Below, one piece after another: positions 8,326-20,049 of a stretch of 64,000 nt of DNA. The number at the start of each line of letters is the position of its first letter. Position 1 is the stretch's first letter. The position numbers and the translations under genes are program-made. The notes below the pieces were generated by a model. The model was given only the letters and a program-made list of their open reading frames with translations. It did no database searches and was not told the DNA's origin. This DNA comes from Alphaproteobacteria bacterium (lineage in GTDB: Bacteria; Pseudomonadota; Alphaproteobacteria; UBA828), in the NCBI GenBank assembly GCA_965216915.1, contig CBDCGS010000007.1:21378-85377 (forward strand). The letters are read 5' to 3'.

Positions 8326-10562
8326 CCGTGCACCTTGCACCCGACCCCGCCATCACCGATGCGCTCGTTGCCGACCACGGTCTCACGCCCGAAGAATACG
8401 CCGCAATCCGGTCTCATCTCGGTCGCACGCCCAACCTGACCGAGCTCGGTATTTTCTCGGTCATGTGGAGCGAGCACTGCTCCTACAAGTCGTCCCGCAT
8501 ATGGCTCAAGACGCTGCCGACCGAGGCGCCTTGGGTGATCTGCGGGCCGGGTGAGAACGCCGGCGTGGTCGACATCGGCGATGGCCAAGCCGCCATCTTC
8601 AAGATGGAGAGCCACAACCACCCATCCTTCATCGAACCCTATCAGGGCGCTGCAACCGGCGTCGGCGGCATCTTGCGCGACGTGTTCACGATGGGGGCGC
8701 GGCCGGTCGCCTCGCTCAATGCGCTCCGCTTCGGCGCCCCCGATCACCCGAGAACGCGCCATCTCGTCGCGGGCGTCGTCGCCGGCATCGGCGGCTACGG
8801 CAATTGCGTCGGCATCCCGACCGTCGGTGGCGAGTGCACGTTCCACCCCGCCTATGACGGCAACAATCTGGTCAACGCGATGTCGGTCGGCCTCGCGCAG
8901 ACCGACCGGATCTTCTATGCCGCCGCCGAGGGCGCGATCGGCCATCCGGTGATCTACGCGGGCGCCAAAACCGGGCGCGACGGCATCCATGGGGCGACCA
9001 TGGCGTCTGCCGAGTTCGATGCCGAGTCGGAGGAGAAGCGGCCGACCGTGCAGGTGGGCGATCCCTTCACCGAGAAACTCCTGCTCGAAGCCTGCCTCGA
9101 GCTCATGGCCACCGATGCGATCATCGCGATTCAGGACATGGGGGCCGCCGGGCTCACCTGCTCGTCGGTGGAGATGGCCGACAAGGGGCACGCGGGCATC
9201 GCGCTGAATTTGGATGCCGTCCCCGTGCGCGAAGTCGGGATGACGCCCTACGAGATCATGCTCTCGGAGAGCCAGGAGCGCATGCTCATGGTGCTGCGCC
9301 CCGGCAGCGAGGAGGTGGCGCACGCGATCTTCGACAAATGGGGCGTTGATTCGGCGGTGGTCGGAGAGATCACCGACACCGGCCGGCTCACGCTCGAGAC
9401 CGGCGGGCAGGCGGTGGCCGACATCCCGATCAGCCCTTTGGTGCATGCCGCGCCCGTCTACGAGCGACCCTACGTGTTGACGCCGCCGGTCCCTGCGTTC
9501 GACCCAACCAGCGTTGCGAGTGCGCACCCGCCGCCGCTCGAGGCCCTGACGCGTCTGCTCGGCGCGCCCGATCTCTGCTCGAAACGCTGGATTTGGGAGC
9601 AATACGATCACATGGTGATGGCCGACACCGTGCAGCGTCCGGGCGGCGATGCCGCCGTGGTGCGCGTGCACGGCACTAACAAGGGACTCGCCGTCACCAC
9701 CGATTGCACGCCGCGCTATTGCGCGGCGGATCCGCGCATGGGTGGCATGCAGGCCGTCGCCGAGGCGTGGCGCAACTTGACGGCTGTCGGGGCCCGGCCG
9801 CTCGCGATCACTGATTGCCTCAATTTCGGCAATCCGGAGCGGCCGGCCGTGATGGGCCAGTTCGTCGGCTGCATCGAGGGGATGGCGGCGGCGTGCGCGG
9901 CCCTCGCGTTCCCGGTCGTCTCGGGCAATGTCTCGTTCTACAACGAGACCGAGGGCCGCGGCATCCTGCCGACACCGGCGATCGGCGGCCTCGGCCTCAT
10001 CGACGATCTCTCGACCATGGTCGGCCCCGCGCTCCGCGCCCCCAACGAGATGCTGTGGCTGCTCGGGTCGACCCGAGGCCATCTCGGCTGCTCGCTCTAT
10101 TTGCGCGACATCCTCGGCCGCGAAGAGGGTGCGCCGCCGCCGGTCGACGTTGAGGCCGAGCGTCGGACCGGTGACTTCGTGCGCGCCGAGATCGGTGCGG
10201 GCCACATCAGCGCCTGCCACGACGTTGCCGACGGGGGCATCTTGGTGGCCGTCGCCGAGATGATCCTCGCGGCATGGGCGGAAGGCCGTGAGATCGGCGC
10301 GTCCGTCACGCCGCCGGATGATGTTGCCGCGTTGGATGCGTGGCTCTTTGGCGAGGATCAGGGCCGCTATGTGGTCAGCGTGCCGGCGCAGGCGCGTGCG
10401 GCGTTTCAACGAGCCGCTGCGGACGGCGAAATACCAATATTGCCCATAGGGTTAAGCGGGGGCCCCGGATTGACACTCGCGGGCGCAGGTGCCATATCCG
10501 TAGCCGAGCTGCAGCGAACACACGAACGCTGGCTACCCAGCTACATGGGCGGGGACGCATAA
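8322..10562 (+). CDS. purL: FGAM synthase subunit PurL
   Basis: ORF 8322..10562(+), 746 aa. [16 protein letters not shown] and AIR-synthase-like repeats. Confidence 0.95.
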   Translation: MTVHLAPDPAITDALVADHGLTPEEYAAIRSHLGRTPNLTELGIFSVMWSEHCSYKSSRIWLKTLPTEAPWVICGPGENAGVVDIGDGQAAIFKMESHNHPSFIEPYQGAATGVGGILRDVFTMGARPVASLNALRFGAPDHPRTRHLVAGVVAGIGGYGNCVGIPTVGGECTFHPAYDGNNLVNAMSVGLAQTDRIFYAAAEGAIGHPVIYAGAKTGRDGIHGATMASAEFDAESEEKRPTVQVGDPFTEKLLLEACLELMATDAIIAIQDMGAAGLTCSSVEMADKGHAGIALNLDAVPVREVGMTPYEIMLSESQERMLMVLRPGSEEVAHAIFDKWGVDSAVVGEITDTGRLTLETGGQAVADIPISPLVHAAPVYERPYVLTPPVPAFDPTSVASAHPPPLEALTRLLGAPDLCSKRWIWEQYDHMVMADTVQRPGGDAAVVRVHGTNKGLAVTTDCTPRYCAADPRMGGMQAVAEAWRNLTAVGARPLAITDCLNFGNPERPAVMGQFVGCIEGMAAACAALAFPVVSGNVSFYNETEGRGILPTPAIGGLGLIDDLSTMVGPALRAPNEMLWLLGSTRGHLGCSLYLRDILGREEGAPPPVDVEAERRTGDFVRAEIGAGHISACHDVADGGILVAVAEMILAAWAEGREIGASVTPPDDVAALDAWLFGEDQGRYVVSVPAQARAAFQRAAADGEIPILPIGLSGGPGLTLAGAGAISVAELQRTHERWLPSYMGGDA

Positions 10563-10580
10563 GGAGGCGAGGAGCGGCGC

Positions 10581-10823
10581 ATGCCAATGGACGCGCGTGA
10601 GATCGAGTCGCTGATCCAGCAGGCGATCCCGGACGCTCAGGTCCACATCGACGATCTGCGTGGCGACGGCGATCACTATGCGGCGCACGTGACCTCGGCG
10701 ACCTTCAAGGGCAAAACCCGCGTCCAGCAACATCAGATGGTCTACAAGGCGCTCCGCGGCCGCATGGGAGACGAGCTTCATGCGCTCGCTCTGCAAACCG
10801 CCGTGCCCGACGACGCCTCTTGA
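10581..10823 (+). CDS. BolA family protein
   Basis: ORF 10581..10823(+), 80 aa. [17 protein letters not shown]...[12 protein letters not shown] is the BolA pattern. Conserved purL-bolA-grxD order. Confidence 0.85.
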   Translation: MPMDAREIESLIQQAIPDAQVHIDDLRGDGDHYAAHVTSATFKGKTRVQQHQMVYKALRGRMGDELHALALQTAVPDDAS

Positions 10824-10842
10824 CGAGAAAGGAAGGTCATCC

Positions 10843-11195
<353 letters not shown>

Positions 11196-11199
<4 letters not shown>

Positions 11200-11546
11200 G
11201 CGCTGCCGCCGGGTCGCCCGGTCCCATCACCGGCTACCACGCCCACATCTACTACGACGAGGCGAGCAGGACGAGCGCGGCGGAACTTCGCACCGCTCTA
11301 GTCGCGCGCTTCGTGATCCGTGTCGGACGTTGGCGGGACGAGCCCGTCGGGCCGCATCCGCAAGCGATGTTTCAGATCTCGTTCGCGCCCGACCAGTTTT
11401 CAGAGGTCGTCCCGTGGCTGATGTTGCACCACGGCCCGCATGCGGTCCTGATCCATCCCGAAACCGGCGACGACCTCGCCGATCATCGCGACTATCCGCT
11501 CTGGCTTGGAACGCGCTTGCCGCTCGACTTTAGCCTCTTCGAGTGA
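11196..11546 (+). CDS. DOPA 4,5-dioxygenase (DODA type 2) family protein, start codon uncertain
   Basis: The frame of ORF 11313..11546 stays open upstream to 11139. Manual translation gives [23 protein letters not shown], the family N-terminus. There is no in-frame ATG/GTG/TTG upstream of that motif. CTG 11196 sits 8 nt after a GGAG and overlaps the grxD stop. Confidence 0.6.
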
Positions 11547-11564
11547 GGCCGGCGCGGCGTCTGG

Positions 11565-12398
11565 TCAGGGCGCGCCGATCAGAAGCCGCTCGTTCAACGC
11601 CTGGATCGGTCGCGCGTTTGGGCCGGCAGTGTCCTCGAATGCGGCGATCGACGCTTCGACGAGCGAGATCCGTTCGGTCATGACGAACCAGCGCACGCCC
11701 TCGCTGCAGGGCGGCGTGGTGAGCGAGCCCTTGTAGCGGAAGTAGCGCTCGGTGTCGGGTGGCAGCAGCGCGGCCGCGTCGATCGTGGCGTCCGCCACGT
11801 CGGCGCGGCCCGGCTCGTGCGGCATGTGCTCCCAGACAGGCGCCAGCACGGCGTTGGCCGCGCCCGCATCCATCAGGACGCCGATGACCGCGAGCGTGCC
11901 AGCCGCGCTTTTGTGCACGAGATGCACCTCCATCGGCGCCCGGGCGCCGTCGACGCTGTGCTCGCTTGGCGCGTGGAAATGGAACTGGAGCAGCTCGAAA
12001 GCCTCGCCATCGACGCTGAGCGTGCTCCCCGGCGCGTAGTCGACCTGAATCGTGTGTCCATTGTTCACAATCGTCAGGGGTGACGGCTTGTAGGCGAAGG
12101 TCAACGCCGGTGGCGTCGCGTTCACGGCACCCGTCAAGTCGATTGGGGACTGCATGCGCCCCGCGGCGCAGGCCGCGAAGTCGGGGGAAAGCGTGCCCCA
12201 ATGCTCGGGTCCGTCGGCGCCCGCGTAGCTCCAGTGAACCGTCGCGCCGTGGCCATCGCCATGCCCATGGTCCGCCGCGGCGTTGCCATGCCCGCCATGG
12301 TCGTCGCCGTTGCCGTGACCACTGCTCAGAGGCCACGCCGAGAGGATGCCGATCGCGGCGATCGCGATCAGCACCGCAACGTGGTCAAGCTTGATCAT
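11565..12398 (-). CDS. alpha-class carbonic anhydrase, exported, with His/Gly/Asp-rich N-terminal tail
   Basis: ORF 11565..12425(-) trimmed to ATG 12396-12398, preceded by GGAGG. Signal peptide, HWSYAG...GRMQSPIDL and QFHFHAPSEH motifs. Confidence 0.9.
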   Translation of the reverse strand: MIKLDHVAVLIAIAAIGILSAWPLSSGHGNGDDHGGHGNAAADHGHGDGHGATVHWSYAGADGPEHWGTLSPDFAACAAGRMQSPIDLTGAVNATPPALTFAYKPSPLTIVNNGHTIQVDYAPGSTLSVDGEAFELLQFHFHAPSEHSVDGARAPMEVHLVHKSAAGTLAVIGVLMDAGAANAVLAPVWEHMPHEPGRADVADATIDAAALLPPDTERYFRYKGSLTTPPCSEGVRWFVMTERISLVEASIAAFEDTAGPNARPIQALNERLLIGAP

Positions 12399-12601
12399 CG
12401 CCTCCCCCCAAGGCTGCAAATCCAAGCGATTCCAACATTCTCAGCGCCTCCTGGTTCTGACGCAAGCGCGATCGGGGCAGCATGAAGCGTGGCGGCCGCG
12501 CCAACGCACGTCCGGAACGTGCCAGTTGCAGCGGGAGGTGGATCAGGTCCAAGGAGATTTGTGCGCCGCTCGGCGCTCGCGACCGCGACCGCGCCGCGGC
12601 G

Positions 12602-13216
12602 TCAGCGCGAGTAGTATTCGATGACCAGGTTCGGTTCCATCTGGACCGGATAGGGCACATCCGCGAATTTCGGCGTGCGCACGAAATGACCGACCATCCT
12701 GTTGTGGTCGACCTCGACGTAATCCGGGACTTCGCGCTCGGGCGATTCTACCGCCTCCAACACGATCGGCAACTCGCGTGAGCGCTCGCGCAACGCGATC
12801 TCGTCGCCCTCGCGCACCAAGTAGCTCGGGATGGTGACGCGCCGTCCATTGACGTGGACGTGGCCGTGGCTCACGAACTGGCGCGCGGCGAACACGGTCG
12901 GCACGAACTTCATCCGGTAGATCACGGCGTCCAGGCGCCGCTCCAGAAGGCCGATCAAGTTCTCGCTGGTGTCGCCCTTGTTGTGATCCGCGGTCTTGTA
13001 ATAACGCCGGAACTGCTTTTCGGTGATGTTGCCGTAATAGCCCCGCAGCTTCTGCTTCGCCATGAGCTGGACGCCGAAATCCGACGGCTTGCGCCGGCGT
13101 TGCCCATGTTGGCCGGGCGCATAGTCGCGCCGGTTGGTCGGGCTCTTGGGCCGGCCCCAGAGATTGACGCCGAGACGCCGGCAAACCTTGTACTTCGAGT
13201 TGAGACGCTTAGACAT
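12602..13216 (-). CDS. rpsD: 30S ribosomal protein S4
   Basis: ORF 12602..13216(-), 204 aa. [25 protein letters not shown] and S4 domain. Confidence 0.97.
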   Translation of the reverse strand: MSKRLNSKYKVCRRLGVNLWGRPKSPTNRRDYAPGQHGQRRRKPSDFGVQLMAKQKLRGYYGNITEKQFRRYYKTADHNKGDTSENLIGLLERRLDAVIYRMKFVPTVFAARQFVSHGHVHVNGRRVTIPSYLVREGDEIALRERSRELPIVLEAVESPEREVPDYVEVDHNRMVGHFVRTPKFADVPYPVQMEPNLVIEYYSR

Positions 13217-13321
13217 CGAAGGCCTTGCAAAAACACGGGATTGCGCTGCGCGGACCGCCGCCGACGCAGGCGCGCCACTATAGCGGCGAGCCCGGGTGTG
13301 TCAAACCATGATTCGATGCGC

Positions 13322-14116
13322 TCAGCCGTCTGCGTCGCCGCGCGGGCGGCGGGGCTCGGCCAGCGCCCGCACCATGCCGAACAGCGTCTGAACGTCTTGG
13401 CGGGTGAGCTGCATACGCTCGAACATCGCACGCATGTTGCGCGCCATTTTCGGGCGCATTTCCGGCGTCGGATAAAAGCCGTGGGTCTCGAGCGTGCTTT
13501 CCAGGTGCCTGAAGAAGCTCTCGACTTCGCCCTTGTTGGCCCAGCTGGTCTGACGCAACGGCAATTCGAGCGCGGGCGCGTCGACCACGCCAACCCGCCA
13601 CTCATAGGCGACGATCAGCACGGCTTGGGCGAGATTGAGCGAGGCAAACGCTGGATTCAGTGGGACCTGCACGATGGCGTCCGCCGCCACCAATTCCTCG
13701 TTGTTGAGGCCGGTGCGCTCGGGCCCGAAGATGACCGCCGCGCGCGCGCCGCCGGCGGCGCCTGCCATCATGTCGGCGGCGGCCTGACGGGGTGTCACGA
13801 CGGGCTTGATCATCTCGCGCGGTCGCGCGGTCGTCGCGTAGACCATGTGCGCATCGGCCGTCGCGTCGGCGACGGTGTGGAACACGCGCACGCGATTGAG
13901 AACCTCATCGGCACCGGATGCCGCATTGAGCGCCTTGACGTTGGGCCAGCCGTCACGTGGCGCGACGAGGCGCAGGTCGGCAAGCCCGCAGTTCAGCATG
14001 GCGCGCGCGGCGGTCCCGATGTTTTGACCGAGCTGCGGCCGCACGAGCACGATCGCCGGGCCGGCGACATCGACATGCGCGCCCGCGTCGCTCTTTCGGT
14101 GATCGGGCCCCGGCAC
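13322..14116 (-). CDS. SpoU/TrmH-family RNA 2'-O-methyltransferase (TrmJ-like)
   Basis: ORF 13322..14116(-). IVLVRPQLGQNIGTAARAMLNCG, FGPERTGL and LNLAQAV motifs. Confidence 0.85.
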   Translation of the reverse strand: MPGPDHRKSDAGAHVDVAGPAIVLVRPQLGQNIGTAARAMLNCGLADLRLVAPRDGWPNVKALNAASGADEVLNRVRVFHTVADATADAHMVYATTARPREMIKPVVTPRQAAADMMAGAAGGARAAVIFGPERTGLNNEELVAADAIVQVPLNPAFASLNLAQAVLIVAYEWRVGVVDAPALELPLRQTSWANKGEVESFFRHLESTLETHGFYPTPEMRPKMARNMRAMFERMQLTRQDVQTLFGMVRALAEPRRPRGDADG

Positions 14117-14125
14117 GGCGCGCGG

Positions 14126-14231
14126 CTAGAGCAAATCTCGAGCAGGTGGACTCACCTGCGACGACGAATTTGCGTCATTTCCAATGAGAGAGAGCATTCG
14201 CGTGAGCATGGGCGAGCGTGAAATGCTCTAG
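14126..14231 (+). repeat. ~106-nt structured intergenic repeat (MITE/REP-like), copy 2 of 4
   Basis: ctagagcaaatctcgagcaggtggactcacctgcgacgacgaatttgcgtc...gtgaaatgctctag, between the cysS stop and the methyltransferase start. Confidence 0.85.
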
Positions 14232-14283
14232 CGATCCGGCGTGCGCCGGCATCCGGCGGCGGTGCGCAAGGCACCACACCTGG

Positions 14284-15653
<1,370 letters not shown>

Positions 15654-15657
<4 letters not shown>

Positions 15658-17324
15658 GCGCTTCCTCGGTAGCGATTGGTGATCGGATAGCGCCGATCCT
15701 TGCCGAACGAGCGCCGCGTCAGCTTGACGCCCGGCGGCGCTTGACGCCGCTTATACTCGGCAACGTCGAGCATCCGCCAGACGCGCGTCACGGTGGCTTC
15801 GTCGTGACCCCGCGCGACGATCTCGGCGGTCGAGAGCTCCTCCTCGATGAGCGAGCGCAAAATGTCGTCGAGCACCTCGTAGGGGGGCAGCGTGTCCTGG
15901 TCGGTCTGATCGGGTTTAAGCTCGGCCGAGGGCGGCTTGGTGATGATCGCCTCCGGAATCACGGCGCCGTCCGGCCCCAGCAGACCGTCGCCCGCGCACT
16001 GGTTGCGCCACCGCGAGAGCGCGAACGCGGTGGTCTTGTAGACGTCCTTGAGCACCGAATAGCCGCCGCACATGTCGCCATAGAGGGTCGCGTAGCCAAC
16101 CGACATTTCCGACTTGTTGCCGGTCGTGAGCACCATATGGCCGAGCTTGTTGCTGAGCGCCATCAGAATGACGCCGCGAATACGCGCCTGGATGTTCTCC
16201 TCGGTCTCGTCGGCGGCACGGCCGTCGAACACCGGCGCGAGCATGTCCTCGAACGCGCCGACCGCAGGCTCGATCGCCACCGTGTGCAGCGTCACGCCGA
16301 GCCGGGATGCGCACTCGGCAGCGTCGTCGAGCGAGGCCTGCACGGTGTAGCGCGACGGCATGCGCACACAGAGCACCCGCTCTCGGCCGAGCGCGTCAAC
16401 CGCGACCGCCGCCGAGAGCGCCGAATCGATGCCGCCCGAGAGCCCGATCAGAACACCCGGAAAGGCGTTCTTCTCCACATAGTCGCGGAGCCCGAGCACC
16501 ATCGAGCGGTAGATCGCTTCCAGCCCCTCGGGCACGCGTGCGATGGGGGCCGCGGCTGCGCACGCCCACCGATCGTCGGCGGACCGGCGCCACTCGGTGG
16601 TCACGAGCGCGGGTTCGAAGGACGGCGCCTGGGCCTTGAGCGTGCAGTCGCCATTGAGCACGAACGAGGCGCCGTCGAACACAAGCTCGTCCTGACCGCC
16701 CACTTGGTTGAGATAGACCAGCGGCAGCTCCGTCTCGGTGACCCGCGCGACCGCGAGGTTGAGCCGTGCGTCCGCCTTGTCGCTCTCGAAGGGCGAGCCG
16801 TTGATGACGATGAGGATCTCGGCGCCCGATTCCTGCAGGCACTCCGGCACCTCGCTGAACCACATGTCCTCGCACACCATCACGCCAAGCCGAACACCGC
16901 GAAACGGGATGGGGCCGGGCAACGGGCCCTGCGCGAACACGCGGACCTCGTCGAACACGCCGTAGTTCGGCAGCTCGTGCTTGTAGCGGCGGGCCGCGAT
17001 CTCACCGCCGTCGAGGAGCAGCGCCGCGTTGTAGAGCGCGCCGTTCTCGTGCCACGGGGTGCCGAGAAGGATGCCGGGGCCGCCATCCGCGGTCGCGCGG
17101 GCGAGCGCCTCGACCGTGTCGGCGACCGCGGCCTGAAACATGGGCTTGAGCACCAGATCTTCCGGGGGATAGCCGGTGACCACGAGCTCCGAGCAGACGA
17201 GCAAGTCCGCGCCCTCGGCCGCCGCGTCCGCGCGCGCGGCGAGCAGGCGTCCCTTGTTGCCCTCAAGGTCCCCCATGATCGGGTTAAGCTGGGCGAGGGC
17301 GATGGTCAGAGCATCGGTCATCAC
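15654..17324 (-). CDS. nadE: glutamine-dependent NAD+ synthetase
   Basis: ORF 15654..17324(-), 556 aa. N-terminal nitrilase (CN hydrolase) domain plus C-terminal SGGIDS PP-loop synthetase domain. Confidence 0.95.
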
Positions 17325-17408
17325 CGCCTCGGGGTCTCTCGCGGCGGCGGACGTTAGGCCGGCGCGGCGCGGCCTGTCAACGCGCGCGCCAGGGCCACCA
17401 TCCCGCCC

Positions 17409-18569
17409 TCATTCGCCACCGCGCGGTTCCTGGCCCGCGCCGTTGCGCAGCAGGAACTCGCGGCCGAGCTTGACGCGCGCCTCGTCCCCATATTCGACGA
17501 TATCGGCGGTCGCATAGGTCTCAGACCAGACCTCCGGCAAGAATGAGCCCGTGCCGATGACATCGATGGGTGCGTCGACGCTCGCCATCACCTTGCACTT
17601 GGCCGGCGAGAACCCCGAGCTCGCGACGATTTTCACAGACGCGAAGCCGCCCTCATCGAGGGCATCGCGCAAGGCGAAGATAGCGGCCGCGCTGACGCCC
17701 GTGCCGATGAGCCACCTCAGCTCCGTCTCGGTGCGATACTCGCGGGTCGCGTTGGGGCTGTGACGCTCGAGCACGGCGTATGACGACGCCATGTCCAACC
17801 CTTCCACATAACGCCCGCCGTGAGTGTCGAGGCGCATGCTGAGCCGCCCGTCTTGCGCCAGGGATGGAAAGCGCCGGCAGACCTCGAGCGCGTCCGAGAT
17901 CTCTCGGCCGAAATAATCCACCAGGACCGTCATCGGCTCCTCGGGAAAGACCTCTTGAAACATCTCGGCCGCGCGCGCCGTCGAGCCGGCATAGCCGATG
18001 AGCCCGTGCGGCATGGTGCCGAAGCCCCGCTGATTGCCGAAATAGTGCGCGGTCGCGTCGGTCGCGTTGCCGATGAAGCCGACCGCGCCCGCGTCTCGCT
18101 TCGCCGCCTGCGATCCGACACTCGCTGCATAGGCCATCATCTCGGCCATCGCGTTGCCCGCGCAATGACGCGCGTCCATGGCGATGAACGAGACGGCGGG
18201 CAACGCGACGCTCATGGCATAGGCGTTGTATGCAGCGACGCAGCACGCGCCGAGCCGCTGCAGGTAGAGCGTCTCGAGGTCCACAAGATGCCGGAAAGAG
18301 CCCGACAAATAGACCAGCGGTTCGCCCGCGCCAACCCAATCACCCTCTTGAAAGCGGCAATCGATATCGAATGTCGTGCCGCGCTCGTCGGCCACGCTGT
18401 TCAGCCAATCGAGCATCAGACGAGGCGCAAAGCAGACGGGGCGGCGCATGAAGATCGCGTAGGTGACGCGCGCGTCGCCGAACCGCGCGATGGTCTCGCG
18501 CGTGCGCGCGAAGTAGCGGTCGGTGTACCGAGGGACGTCGGCCGCGGTGGGTGTGAGCGTGTCCGACAT
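17409..18569 (-). CDS. nicotinate phosphoribosyltransferase family protein (short, archaeal-like type)
   Basis: ORF 17409..18569(-), 386 aa. YTDRYFARTRE N-terminus, FGTMPHGLI, MRLDTHGG. Adjacent to nadE. Confidence 0.7.
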   Translation of the reverse strand: MSDTLTPTAADVPRYTDRYFARTRETIARFGDARVTYAIFMRRPVCFAPRLMLDWLNSVADERGTTFDIDCRFQEGDWVGAGEPLVYLSGSFRHLVDLETLYLQRLGACCVAAYNAYAMSVALPAVSFIAMDARHCAGNAMAEMMAYAASVGSQAAKRDAGAVGFIGNATDATAHYFGNQRGFGTMPHGLIGYAGSTARAAEMFQEVFPEEPMTVLVDYFGREISDALEVCRRFPSLAQDGRLSMRLDTHGGRYVEGLDMASSYAVLERHSPNATREYRTETELRWLIGTGVSAAAIFALRDALDEGGFASVKIVASSGFSPAKCKVMASVDAPIDVIGTGSFLPEVWSETYATADIVEYGDEARVKLGREFLLRNGAGQEPRGGE

Positions 18570-18598
18570 CGGTGTGCGCGAGTGTTCGGGCCCGGGCG

Positions 18599-19984
18599 CT
18601 AGCCGTAAGAGACGCGCGCCGTGGGCTCGAAGCCGTCGCGCTCCTCCTTCAGCTGTTCGGCGACGAGGAATGCCAGCTCGAGCGCCTGCGAGGCGTTGAG
18701 CCGGGGATCACAATGGGTGTGGTAGCGGGCCGATAGGCTCTCTTCGGTGATCGCCTGCGCGCCCCCGAGACATTCGGTGACGTCCTGGCCGGTCATCTCG
18801 AAGTGAACCCCGCCGGGATGCGTGCCCTCGGCGCGATGCACGTCGAAGAAGCCGCGAACCTCGGCCAAGATCGCGTCGAACGGCCGCGTCTTGTAGCCGT
18901 TGTTCGATTTGATGGTGTTGCCGTGCATGGGGTCGCAGGCCCACAGCACCTTGCGGCCCTCGCGCGCGACCGCGCGCACGAGCGGCGGCAGCTTCTCAAC
19001 CACCTGCTCATGGCCCATGCGTGCGATGACGGTGAGCCGGCCCGGCTCGTTCAGCGGGTTCAACCGGTCGATCAACGCGACCAGATCATCCGGCTCGAGC
19101 GACGGACCCGCCTTGAGACCGATCGGGTTGCCCACGCCCTGCAGGAAGGCGACGTGCGCGCCGTCGAGCTGGCGCGTCCGATCGCCGATCCACAGCATGT
19201 GCGCCGAGCAGTCGTACCAATCGTCCGTCGTGGAATCGATCCGTGTGAGCGCCTCCTCATATTGGAGGATGAGCGCCTCGTGAGACGTGAAGAACTCGGT
19301 CTCGCGGATCTGCGGCGTCGTCTCGGAGGTGAGCCCGCAAGCGGCCATGAAGGCCAGGGTCTCGCTGAGCTGCCCCGCCATCGCCTCATAGCGCGCGCTC
19401 TGCGCGCTGCCGGAGACGAAATCGAGGTTCCAGCGGTGCACCTCGTGCAGGTCGGCGTAGCCGCCCTGGGCAAAGGCGCGGAGCAGATTGAGCGTGGCGG
19501 CGGATTGGCTGTAGGCCTGCATCAGCCGCTCGGGATCGGGCGTGCGCGAGGGCGCATCGAACGCCATTCCGTTCACCATGTCGCCCCGGTAGGCGGGCAG
19601 GGTGACCTCGCCCTGGCTCTCGGTATCGGCCGAGCGGGGCTTCGCGAATTGACCGGCGAGCCGGCCCACCTTCACGACCGGCAGCTTGGCCCCGAAGGTC
19701 AACACCACCGCCATTTGCAGGAGCACGCGGAAGGTGTCGCGAATATTGTCCGGGTGGAACTCGGCGAAGCTTTCCGCGCAGTCGCCGCCTTGAAGCAGAA
19801 ATGCCCGGCCCTCGCACGCGTCGGCCAAGCGGGCGCGCAGGCTTCGCGCCTCACCGGCAAACACCAGTGGCGGCGAGCGGCGCAGGCGCTCCTCCACGGC
19901 CACCAGCGCCGCCCCATCAGGCCAGCTTGGCTGCTGCTTGATCGCGCAGTCGCGCCACCCCTCAGGGCTCCACTCGGACGACAT
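18599..19984 (-). CDS. class II 3-deoxy-7-phosphoheptulonate (DAHP) synthase
   Basis: ORF 18599..19984(-), 461 aa. [19 protein letters not shown] and KPRS motifs of plant-like class II DAHPS. Confidence 0.9.
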   Translation of the reverse strand: MSSEWSPEGWRDCAIKQQPSWPDGAALVAVEERLRRSPPLVFAGEARSLRARLADACEGRAFLLQGGDCAESFAEFHPDNIRDTFRVLLQMAVVLTFGAKLPVVKVGRLAGQFAKPRSADTESQGEVTLPAYRGDMVNGMAFDAPSRTPDPERLMQAYSQSAATLNLLRAFAQGGYADLHEVHRWNLDFVSGSAQSARYEAMAGQLSETLAFMAACGLTSETTPQIRETEFFTSHEALILQYEEALTRIDSTTDDWYDCSAHMLWIGDRTRQLDGAHVAFLQGVGNPIGLKAGPSLEPDDLVALIDRLNPLNEPGRLTVIARMGHEQVVEKLPPLVRAVAREGRKVLWACDPMHGNTIKSNNGYKTRPFDAILAEVRGFFDVHRAEGTHPGGVHFEMTGQDVTECLGGAQAITEESLSARYHTHCDPRLNASQALELAFLVAEQLKEERDGFEPTARVSYG

Positions 19985-20049
19985 CCCGCTCTCCTTCTCG
20001 GGCTCTAAACGACTGCTATACGCCTGAAACGGTTAAGGTTCCAGTCTTT

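Noticed and set aside
8133-10409. 758-aa ORF on the minus strand.
   Set aside because: It is fully antisense to purL. It is Arg/Gly/His-rich, with no motifs. This is a typical shadow ORF of high-GC DNA.
15741-17357. 538-aa plus-strand ORF. Similar long ORFs are 699..1784, 1673..2803, 12854..14221, 14218..15672, 18803..20008, 20122..21642, 25038..26069, 26348..27580, 31089..32105, 31966..33009, 33091..34194, 43160..44764, 45020..45799, 46664..47479, 53873..55159 and 56950..57804.
   Set aside because: Each lies opposite, or out of frame to, a gene with unambiguous family motifs. They are shadow ORFs.
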